Positions 1 to 8,992 of a stretch of DNA of 16,530 bases are shown here, piece after piece. The first letter of the stretch is position 1, and each line of letters starts with the position of its first letter. A program made the position numbers and the translations under genes. The notes beneath the pieces are model-generated. The model was not told the DNA's origin and made no database searches. It was given only the letters and a program-made list of their open reading frames with translations. Source of the DNA: Octopus sinensis (Eukaryota); NCBI RefSeq assembly GCF_006345805.1, contig NW_021825152.1, positions 1-16,530 on the forward strand, in the 5' to 3' direction.

Positions 1-20
1 AGCATACTTATGCTTTAAAA

Positions 21-120
21 TCTGGCACATATTCCATCGCTTCTTTTGCCAAACTGCTAGGTTCTGTGGACGTAAAGACGCCAACACTGTTTATCAAGCT
101 GTAGTGGTGGTAGACAAAGA
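21..120 (-). mobile_element. SINE family A, 3' module fragment (diverged)
   Basis: Matches the reverse complement of the 3' module of the full copy at 15438-15797 (cttttgccaaactgctaggtt...gacgtaaagacgccaacactg...tcaagc). Confidence 0.65.
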
Positions 121-146
121 TTGATACAATGACATATCTCCCCCAT

Positions 147-166
147 ATATATATATATATATATAG

Positions 167-207
<41 letters not shown>
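147..207. repeat. (AT)n followed by (CT)n microsatellite
   Basis: Direct reading. Confidence 0.95.
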
Positions 208-210
<3 letters not shown>

Positions 211-655
211 GCTCACAGGTGACCATCGTCCATCTTTCTTTCCCTCACGCGATCAGCTTTCTTTTCCTTCTGAACTGTCCTAAGGACTGGACGTCTACCA
301 TCATTCTTCTGTTTTTTTTCTTCTCTTTACATAGAAAACGTTTCTCCAGCGTTCGCTAGCTTGACCTCGTTCTGGTCTATCGATCATCCAGTTTTGTTTT
401 CGTTCGGTTTCCTTGTATGTCTCCATTGTCCTGTTTTTGTTCCCAGCTTTGACCCGCCATAAAATCCAAAATTTTATTTTGGTAATTCTGGGAGCAAGTA
501 TCTTTGAATGCTAGAAATGAGGCGTAGTTAGACAGTTGATAACTGACGAAGGATCGTTCTTTATGTTACTTGTCCTCCATTTGTTTCGTCGTTTGCGTAT
601 TGAACTTGTTTGCTTTCGCATTTCATGTTGTTTACTGCTTAGTGACGTTGTGTAC
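208..655. repeat. Unclassified interspersed repeat-like, pyrimidine-rich segment
   Basis: 219-249 matches 9393-9423 at 28/31 nt, and both follow a CT-rich tract plus cgttg. Boundaries and class are uncertain. Confidence 0.35.
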
Positions 656-659
656 CCAT

Positions 660-673
660 ATGCATGTATATAT

Positions 674-712
<39 letters not shown>

Positions 713-856
713 CACACATAATGCATATATATATTATATATATACACATTTTGCATTATTTATGCTATATGTATGTGTATATATATATAAACACATATGT
801 ATGTATTTATATATACATATATACACACATATATGCATATATATATATATATTATG

Positions 857-922
<66 letters not shown>
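660..922. repeat. Compound (TA)n/(TG)n microsatellite
   Basis: Direct reading. Confidence 0.95.
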
Positions 923-925
<3 letters not shown>

Positions 926-1013
926 ACAAGGGAATTACAAAGGATACATCACAAACAATTAAAAACTGTTCATGAATCTATCTATGGTCAAGCATGCTAT
1001 CAAATAAAAAGAG

Positions 1014-1091
1014 AGTGTTTATAATTATGATGAAGCTTGTAAGAATTTTTGAAACTATTGTAATTAGGATTTCATCATAATTATAAACACT
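1014..1091. repeat. Perfect 21-bp inverted repeat with 36-nt spacer
   Basis: agtgtttataattatgatgaa (1014-1034) is the exact reverse complement of ttcatcataattataaacact (1071-1091). Confidence 0.9.
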
Positions 1092-1187
1092 GTCTCTCTT
1101 TATATATATATGTGTGTGTCTGTGTGTGTGTGTGTGTGTGTGTACATATATGTGTATATATGTGTGTGTGTGTTTATAAATTTGATT

Positions 1188-1345
1188 GTTTCTTTCGGTT
1201 TCCATCTACCAAATCCATTGACAAGGCTTTGGTCGAACCTAAGTTACAGTAGAAAGCACTTGCCCTTGGTACCATATGTAGGACCGAACCCAGAACCATG
1301 TGACAGGAAACGAAGCTTCTTACCACACAGCAACGGCTTGCGCCT
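1188..1345 (-). mobile_element. SINE family A, tRNA-derived head and central domain (diverged)
   Basis: Reverse complement aligns to the head of the copies at 9519 and 15438 (gctgtgtggtaagaagctt...ggttctgggttcggtcc...ggcaagtgctttctactgtaact...ggatttggtagatggaaac). Confidence 0.8.
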
Positions 1346-1406
1346 GTGTGAGAAATGATTATGAACAATGCAGAACAATAACAATATCAGTGTCTTATTC
1401 ATATAT

Positions 1407-1802
1407 TCTTTTCTAATCTGGGCACAAGGCCCAAAATTTTGGGGGAGGGAGCTAGTCGATTAGATCGATCTCAGTACACAACTGGTACTAAATTTATCGA
1501 CTCGGAAAGGATGAAAGGCAAAATCGACCTCGGCGGAATTTGAACTCAGAACGTAGCGGCAGACGAAATACCTATTTCTTGACTACCTACAAGGGGCTAA
1601 ACGCAGAGGGGACAAACAAGGCCAGACAAAGGGATTAAGTCAATTATATTGACCCCAGTGCGTAACTGGTACTTATTTAATCGACCCCGAAAGGATGAAA
1701 GGCAAAGTCGACCTCGGTGGAATTTGAACTCAGAACGTAAAGACAGATAAAATACCGCTAAGCATTTCGCCGGCGTGCTAACGATTCTGCCAGCTCGCCG
1801 CC
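1407..1802 (-). mobile_element. SINE family B, full length (~400 bp), with an internally duplicated Nin/Deu-like domain
   Basis: Minus strand starts ggcggcgagctggcagaatcgttagc (tRNA-like; B-box-like gagttcaaattcc). It carries two copies (~1465-1572 and ~1648-1756) of gaggtcgactttgcctttcatcctttcggggtcgat...taagtaccagt, which resembles the conserved Nin/DeuSINE-type central domain. Confidence 0.8.
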
Positions 1803-2179
1803 TTATTTCATTCAAATATTGCATTACCTATCGAACGTACTAGAACTGTTAGTTTCACCGTTTTGGGGGAACTAATTAAGTAATTACGCTAATCCAGTAT
1901 TGATATGTGTTTTATGCACATAACACTCAAATACACACATGCATATACATACATATACACATAGATACATTAAAAAAGATACAAATATGTATCTACGTGC
2001 ATACACGCAAATGCTATATTCGTGTGTGCGTGAATGTGAGAGACAAGATATGGCGAGTTACGGAGGACGTTTTGACGAGGGTGTGTTGTGATTCTGAGCT
2101 GATATGGTGAATGTCAGATGGAGATGTGATTCGCGTATGTGTGTGGATGCCATATGTGCATGTATTTAACATATACGTA

Positions 2180-2224
<45 letters not shown>

Positions 2225-2559
2225 TATATACATATCATACATACTTGTGTGTGTGTAAATACAATAAACAGATGAGGCCGTGAAAACAGTAGAGAATGAA
2301 AAACAGACATGGAGACACAGAAAGACGAGATAAATAGTTATACATACATGTGTGTGTGTGTTTGTGTATATGCATGTATGTGTGTGTGTGTTATATATAT
2401 ATATATATATATAGATAGGATAGATAGAGACGGTTATAATCAGTGACAGAGAGAAAGAGAGAGAGAGAGATCGAGTTTTACGTGTGGCGGTGTAAAGTCA
2501 AAACTCAGCACCACTCACAACCACACATGTAACTATTAGAAAGAAAAACAACCAACTGG

Positions 2560-3283
2560 CGCCAGTTGCTCGTTAAGGAACCTCGCCCTACACCGCCCCG
2601 TCATCGGCCCTCAACCCCCTAACGAACCCCTCCTCTCTATAGAGCCCTCTCTCTCTCTCTCACTGTCGTTTTTCTTCACTCGCAACTTTCAGACTTAAGT
2701 GAAAACGCTGATGTTTATTTCGCGTTTGGTGCGGGTGGAAGGGAAAGCAGGCGGTGGGGGTGGTGGTGGTTCGGGTTGGAGCGGGGGTAGGTGGGAGCCC
2801 TTGACGATTCCCTGCTCCTTAGTACTTTTCTCGCTGACGAGGGATGGGGGCGAAGGGTAGAGGGAGTCTTTAGAGTAAGGGGTTGGGGGGAATGGCTGAT
2901 GACGGGGTGAGGGGTGCGCCATGAGCGTTTCGAACACACACCGGATTACCGGAGTCGGTCCCTGCAATACGGTTCGTCATAAACGTCGTTGCTGTTGATG
3001 TTGTTGCTGTGGTTCTCTTGACGTTTTTGTGGTGGCGGTGGCGGACCTTCGGAGTGAGGTGGAGTGGGGGTTAGCTGTTGTTGTGTCCTGTCGTCGGAGG
3101 TGGCCACGGTGTCGGTTGACAGTCAGGGCGGTGGCGTTGGTTAACGATTGACGTCGTTTATTGTTGCTGCCGTTGTACTGACGGTATTCCTGTTGATGGT
3201 GGTCACGGTGCTGGTGGTATGTTTGTGTTGGTATTGTTGTTCTTGGTGGTGGTTGTGGTGGTGATGGCGACTGCGGTGGTAGT
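2560..3283. other. GC/CpG-rich, G-run-rich low-complexity island
   Basis: Sharp compositional shift from the AT-rich flanks: many CpG, GGG runs and (GGT)n/(GTT)n tracts. No recognisable protein family. Confidence 0.6.
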
Positions 3284-3330
3284 GTGTGTGTGTGTGTGTG
3301 TACTTACATGAAGATACACACATACATTAT

Positions 3331-3452
3331 ATACTCTCTTTACTCTTTTGTTTCATTCATTCTATCGGCTTCTTTTGCCGAACTGCAAAGCTACGGGGAC
3401 GTAAACACACCAGCATCGGTTGTCAAGCGATGTGGGGACAAATACAGACACA
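3331..3452 (-). mobile_element. SINE family A, 3' module fragment with internal deletion
   Basis: ttctatcggcttcttttgccgaactgcaaagctacggggacgtaaacacaccagcatcggttgtcaagcgatg is the reverse complement of the family A 3' module. Confidence 0.8.
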
Positions 3453-3494
3453 CAAACATATACACACATACATATATATATATATCTATATATA

Positions 3495-3743
3495 TATTAA
3501 GGTATGTAGAAAAATACAACATGGACAAGAACGTATACTCATAGAAGACGATACATAAACATGGACAGGACATTCGAACCCCTCAGTCTGCAGTCAAGAA
3601 CCGGATCATCGTAGTAATTTCGGCTGATTAATCTTGAGATTACTAGATCACGGCCAGCCCTCCAAGAAAACTAAGCTGGAAGCGTAGATTTCCTGGAAGA
3701 AGGATCGAATGCATACGAACACCAGGACAGCAAAAGGGACAGA

Positions 3744-3775
<32 letters not shown>

Positions 3776-4507
3776 CAATAATGGAATACAGAAACATGAA
3801 ATACAGAAGCATTACGGTGAAACAACAAGTGTCTTACGACTGATAACAAGCAAACAAATTTTTTCTCTGCGCATTGGAAAAGCCTTTATAGCGGCGGACG
3901 AAGAACAACGATGTTAACACGACGAGGGTCAGGAGCTGAAAGGCAGATTTCGGCCAACATTCACGTGACAGAGAAGAGAGAGAGAGAAAAGGGGGACAAA
4001 ACGCAACAAAGAGAGAGAAGAGAGAGAAAGAAGGAATCAAGAGGAGAAGGGATGGGTGTCGAAGAATGACCTGAAGTGAGTGCAGAGCGAGACAAAGAAA
4101 TAGGAGGGTAGTGGAAGACTAGACCAAAGGATCAGAGGAAAGAGAAGATGAATAGAGAGTAAAGTAAAAATGAGAGAGAGAGAGAGAGACAAACAAGAGT
4201 CGTACCAATTATTAAGAATGTGTTCACATTAATGATAAAGGGGGTACGGGCGCCTGGAATATATGTTAAGGTATGTAGAAAAATACAACATGGACAAGAA
4301 CGTATAACTCATAGAAGACGATACAATAAACATGGACAGGACATTCGAACCCCTCAGTCTTCAGTCAAGAACCGGATCATCGTAGTAATTTCGGCTGATT
4401 AATCTTGAGATTACTAGATCACGGCCAGCCCTCCAAGAAAAACTAAGCTGGAAGCGTAGATTTCCTGGAAGAAGGATCGAATGCATACGAACACCAGGAC
4501 AGCAAAA
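3495..4507. mobile_element. ~1-kb element bounded by 241/244-bp direct repeats (LTR/TRIM-like or Penelope pseudo-LTR partial tandem), non-coding
   Basis: 3495-3735 and 4264-4507 differ by 2 substitutions and 3 single-A indels. The 528-bp spacer contains A29 (3747-3775) and purine-rich sequence. Flanked by (TA)n. Confidence 0.7.
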
Positions 4508-4527
4508 TATATATATATACATATATG

Positions 4528-4689
4528 CAACGGGCTTCTTTCAGTTTCCGTCTACCAAATCCACTCACAAGGCATTGGTCGGCCCGAGGCTATAGTAGAA
4601 GATACTTGCCCAAGGTGCCACGCAGTGGGACTGAACCCGGAACCATGCAGTTGAGAAGCAATCTTCTTACCACACACCACTACTGCGCC
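4528..4689 (-). mobile_element. SINE family A, head and intact central domain
   Basis: cgggcttctttcagtttccgtctaccaaatccactcacaagg...ggcccgaggctatagtagaagatacttgcccaaggtgccacgcagtgggactgaacccggaaccatg is the reverse complement of the family A 5' half. Confidence 0.9.
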
Positions 4690-4690
4690 T

Positions 4691-4738
4691 ATTATATATA
4701 TATATATAATTATATATATATATATATATAGTATTATA

Positions 4739-4773
<35 letters not shown>

Positions 4774-4862
4774 ATATATATATATATATATCATATATAT
4801 ATATATATATATTATATTATATATATATATATATATAACACTACACACACGTGTGTGTGTGT
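4691..4862. repeat. (TA)n microsatellite, then (AC)n/(GT)n
   Basis: Direct reading. Confidence 0.95.
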
Positions 4863-5098
4863 GGTGCGCGCTCGTTCGAGTGCTTAAAGAAAGAGGTGAC
4901 TGGAAGTATGTGGGAAGCGAAGTTTCTGCCGAAATCTCAGCCGCTACAGGTCGTTACCACGTGACCACCGGACCCAGGAGGAGAGGGTGGGGTCGTTAAG
5001 TTTTCCTTCACGGCCACCCATCTGCCTCTCCGACACCGTCTCCCAACCTTACCCCCTGTCGCTACTCACGCAGTCGCAAAGTCGAGAATTCACACGCA

Positions 5099-5141
<43 letters not shown>

Positions 5142-5271
5142 GCACACATACACACATAATCACACGCGCATGCACATACATATAGACACACACACACGCA
5201 TACACACTATTACACATACGTACGCACTCACATACACGCAAATACACACATATACACCCACATTCATATAT

Positions 5272-5487
5272 CTTTTATGTTTTACTTGCTTTAGTCATTG
5301 GATTACGGCCATGCTGGGGCACCGCCTTGAAAAAGTTTTCGTCGAGCAAATCGACACAAGCACTTTATATATTTTTTAAAACCTGACACTTATTTTATCG
5401 GTCTAATTTTGCCGAACTGCTAGCCGTGTGAACGTAAACACACCAACACTGATTCTCAAGTGGTCACGGGGGACTGACAGACAGACT
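5272..5487 (-). mobile_element. SINE family A, 3' module (diverged)
   Basis: tttacttgctttagtcatt...ggccatgctggggcaccgccttga...ttttgccgaactgctag...cgtaaacacacc is the reverse complement of the family A 3' end. Confidence 0.8.
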
Positions 5488-5498
5488 CACACACACAC

Positions 5499-5568
5499 AT
5501 GGTTGTGTGGTAAGAAGCTTGCTTTCCAACTACAGCGTAGCAGCTTGGGCAAGTGCCTTCTACAACAT
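5499..5568 (+). mobile_element. SINE family A, head fragment (internally deleted)
   Basis: tggttgtgtggtaagaagcttgctttccaac...cttgggcaagtgccttctac matches the family A head in plus orientation. Confidence 0.7.
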
Positions 5569-5893
5569 CGAATATTGTCAGTGTCGCAGGTTATCTCTGA
5601 GTTTCCCTCTCCTAGGGAAATGTTGCGATAACCACAGAGGGGCCTTGCACTCCCAGTGGGCCAACCGCTCGCCTGGACACCAACTCCGGTATTTCCATGT
5701 CTCTGTGCATATATATACATGGCTACATGCACTTGTACCCATCTTGTTGGATTGCCGTTGACTGCTCATGAGCTCTTCCGCCTTTTAACAGGTTTTATTT
5801 TTCGGCCTACACGATGTCCAGCACTCACCCTCTTCACCAAGCCAGCTTGATGGGGGTGGCTAGTTTAGTCGACCTAACCATGCAACAGGTTGT

Positions 5894-6409
5894 CATCATC
5901 ATCATTGTTCGACCGTGGTCGAGACAATGGAATTTACCATGCTACGCCAGACTTCACGATCCATCATGGCATTACGGAGGATCTGTTGCTGGATGCCTGT
6001 ATCCCTGGAGATTACATCAGGGTAGGAGAGTGTGCGCCCTCTGACATTGCGAGTAGATGGCTTCCAGAGGAGGAGAGTAGAAATTACCTCTTTTTCAGCT
6101 CTACAACAATGTCCAGCAAACTGGACTCTCCTACCTTTCACAAGAGATGATACAGGTAGTAGTTTCCCAGATATTTGCATTTTGGTTGGATGGCGCTTCC
6201 ACGAGAGATTTTGAGCTCTCATAAGGAGGCGAGTGTAGGTTCCATTCAACCGCCTCTCAAGCTTCTTTGATAACGTCCAGGTTTCTGAGTCATATAGTAG
6301 AATTAGTTTGACTGTGGCTTTGAAGATTTCAAGTTTGAAGTCTCTACTTAGATTTGATGACCAGATCTTATGCATGTCATTACAGGCTGACCAGGCCATA
6401 CCCTTTCTA
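5894..6409 (-). mobile_element. 5'-truncated RTE-clade non-LTR retrotransposon, 3' end with (TGA)n tail
   Basis: The minus strand encodes an RTE-type C-terminus and ends ...gtcgaacaa-tgatgatgatg. A 5-bp direct repeat gttgt (5889-5893 and 6410-6414) is a candidate target-site duplication. Confidence 0.85.
5902..6408 (-). pseudogene. C-terminal fragment of RTE LINE reverse-transcriptase ORF (uninterrupted frame)
   Basis: RKGMAWSACNDMHKIW...LLYDSETWTL...RRVQFAGHCCR...LLLWKP...RGRTLSYPDVISRDTG...MMDREVWRSMV follows the typical RTE post-RT pattern (A-W; LLYG-ETW; RR-FAGH-R; RGR-D; DR-W). Confidence 0.85.
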
Positions 6410-6711
6410 GTTGTACTGGGTTACCTGTTACCAGTAGCACCCAAGAGCCACCAGACATACACACATGCATGCATACATACACACATGCATGTATACATGC
6501 ATGCGTACATGCATACATACATATATGCACACACACATACATACAAGAATGCATACATGAATGCATGCATATGATTTACGTGTATGTTTTTATGCACCAA
6601 GCACCTATAGGAGAGGATCTCTCGAGGCAAATAACGCAGTATTTGGTGTTGTAACAAAACACTCATGTTTAGTTGGATATAAAGATTACTTTTTGGTACT
6701 AATATTGCATC

Positions 6712-6864
6712 AGCCTTGTCACATATTTTTCATCACACTGAATCTCCCTGAGAACTACGTTAAATCTATGCGTGTCAGCCACTTGCAGGTTAATTTCACG
6801 TGTAGGCTGTCCCGTTGATCAAACCCACTGGAATGCGCATCGTTATAATCGACGGAGCACCACT
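6712..6864 (+). mobile_element. SINE family C, 3' tail fragment (diverged)
   Basis: cagccttgtcacat...ctgagaactacgttaa...cagccacttgc...ttcacgtgtaggctgtcccgttga aligns with the reverse complement of 10679-10835. Confidence 0.75.
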
Positions 6865-7134
6865 TGTGTGTGTATGTGTGTGTGTGCATGTACATTAATG
6901 CTTGTGTGTATATATGTGTATATATGAGCGTAAGTGCATATGTGTATATCTGTGTGTACATTGTGATAGTGCATGTGTGTATATATGAGTACGTATATGT
7001 GTGGGTTAGAGCATGTGTATATATATATATGCATGTATATATGCGTGTATATATGTGTGTACATGTGCGTTAGTGCATGTGTGTATATATATGTATTTGT
7101 GCATGTGTATGTATATACTCATGTATATGCCTAT

Positions 7135-7405
7135 GCGTGGAGGCGTGTGGTTTACTGGTTAGGGCGTTGTTCTCACGTTCCTAAGATTGCGGTTTCGATT
7201 CCTGGACTGTGTTGTGTGCTGTGTTTTTGAGCAAGACTTGGTTTCACGTTGCTCCAGTCTACTCAGTTGGCAAAAATGAGTTTATCCTGCGACGGACGAG
7301 CGTCCCGTCCAGTGGAAGGGTGGAATGTGGGAATAGAGGGCGAGTATGCACGCCACGGAATCCGAGAAGGCGGCCCTTTGAGCTTAGGGCTCAGGAAGTA
7401 TCTTT
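7135..7405 (+). mobile_element. tRNA/CORE-like SINE (family C head) with an alternative 3' tail
   Basis: B-box-like ggtttcgattcc at 7191-7202. The CORE-like ttgagcaagac...ctccagtctactcagttggcaaaaatgagt is shared with the minus copy at 10679-11000, followed by a different tail (cctgcgacggacgagcgtcccgtccag...). Confidence 0.75.
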
Positions 7406-7661
7406 CATCCTTTCTTTTGGATATATTTACATGTGTAGTCACGTATATGTTTGTATGCTTATGTGAATGCATATGTGCATGTATGTCATTATTCAGTTTA
7501 TTTCAAGATTCCTTGCTAATAAAGGACCGGTTTCTAACCTAGATGCAAGGCTCTTTCATTTGAAGAGTTTGTATGTATGTATGTACGTATGTACGTATGT
7601 ATGTATGTATGTATGCATGCATACACACACAACACACACACAACACACATATATATTATAG

Positions 7662-7699
<38 letters not shown>

Positions 7700-7701
<2 letters not shown>

Positions 7702-7915
7702 CCTTCCGGTCTTTCAAATATGACCTCGTGTGTACCGTTGGCGATTTTTTTCCTCGTCTTCCCTTCTCTGGATTTTCTTCTCCTATGTTTCCGACGAAGA
7801 GCTCCGCTCGAAACGTTAAACCCTCCTTCTTCCTTCTTTCCTGGAGCGTCCAATAATACTATACTTGTTCCACGTCCTCGCGTTGTTGTGTTTTTTTTGT
7901 TTTTCTTTTGGATTA
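7700..7915 (+). mobile_element. Penelope-like element pseudo-LTR fragment
   Basis: Contains ccgacgaagagctccgctcgaaacgtt, matching the CTGANGAA-stem-CGAAACGT signature of Penelope terminal repeats, within pyrimidine-rich flanks. No coding sequence. Confidence 0.6.
7787..7821 (+). ncRNA. Minimal (Penelope-type) hammerhead ribozyme-like motif, U4C variant
   Basis: gttt | CCGACGA-A | gagc-tcc-gctc | GAAA-CG-UU | aaac: stem I gttt/aaac, stem II gagc/gctc, palindromic stem III ACGU. Confidence 0.5.
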
Positions 7916-7917
7916 AC

Positions 7918-7950
<33 letters not shown>

Positions 7951-8293
7951 CATACATACATACATAACACACACACACACTTACATATTGGGGCGTAGGC
8001 TTGTGTATATGTATGTGTATGCATATATATGAATATTTTAACACATATATGCATGTATATGTATACATACACAAATACATACATGCATATATACGTACGT
8101 GCACAGATGCATACATAGCTGCATACAAGCCTATATACACACGTACATAGATACACATATATGCATACATACATATACAAGTACATGCATACATATATAT
8201 GTGTACGCATGATGTGTGTGCATGTATATACGCAAATATATATACACACACACATATATATATATATATATACACATATATATATCTATATAT

Positions 8294-8326
<33 letters not shown>

Positions 8327-8455
8327 GATATGCACGCACTGTGTTGGTGTGTATCCCCAGCTGTCACTTTGAGCAGATCTTTCGTATCAGAGTGTTTATA
8401 AGTTGTCGATTTTCTATCATGTGTGTATAATGTGTATATAAATTAAGAGATGGAA

Positions 8456-8459
<4 letters not shown>

Positions 8460-8493
<34 letters not shown>

Positions 8494-8745
8494 GAGAGGT
8501 GGTTGTGATAGTGGTTGTAGGTGAGTGATGGTGTTGATGGCAAAGGGGGGGAGAGAATAAAGGAAGAAGAGAGGAATAAAATGATGATGATGATGATGAA
8601 GACAAGGACGAGGAAGAAGGGGAGAACAAGAACAAGAAGAAAGAGGAGGAGGAGGAGCAGGAAGAAGAAGAAGATGAAAAAGAAGAAGAAGAACAACAAC
8701 AACACTGGAAACAGAGAAGGAGAGCAAAGACGGACAGGAATGCCA
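8460..8745. repeat. (GA)n and purine-rich trinucleotide low-complexity tract (GAT/GAA/GAG/AAC)
   Basis: Direct reading. Confidence 0.9.
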
Positions 8746-8920
8746 TGAACACGTTGTGTGTTTCTCAACTTGAAATCAATAGCCTAAACAGTGGAAAACT
8801 TGCATATGTCCTGACACCATATGTTGCCTTAAAATACCACGTGTGTTGGCATATGTCACACACACTTTCTGTCTTTCTCTCTCAAACTATCTATTTGTCT
8901 GTGTGTCTGTCTGTCATCTG

Positions 8921-8924
<4 letters not shown>

Positions 8925-8992
<68 letters not shown>

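Larger units (their letters stand above)
5594..6453 (-). mobile_element. Structured host element (5594-5893 plus 6415-6453) interrupted by the RTE fragment; possibly a LINE 5' UTR
   Basis: Complementary segments straddle the insertion (ggtggct 5855-5861 with agccacc 6446-6452; aacaggt 5884-5890 with acctgtt 6423-6429), indicating the flanks were once contiguous. The 5' UTR identity is inference only. Confidence 0.5.

Noticed and set aside
543-590. CTGACGAAGG, resembling the start of a hammerhead core
   Set aside because: No stem II closed by GAAA follows, so no hammerhead can be drawn.
3838-3935. Possible 98-nt minus-strand exon (ctttcag acceptor, gtaag donor) encoding hydrophobic LLTLVVLTSLFFVRRYKG...
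   Set aside because: Lies inside the direct-repeat element, has no partner exons and no recognisable homology.
5594-6453. HDV-like ribozyme fold for the RTE-interrupted element
   Set aside because: No P3/L3 with CC and no GG after the candidate P1 3' strand on either strand.
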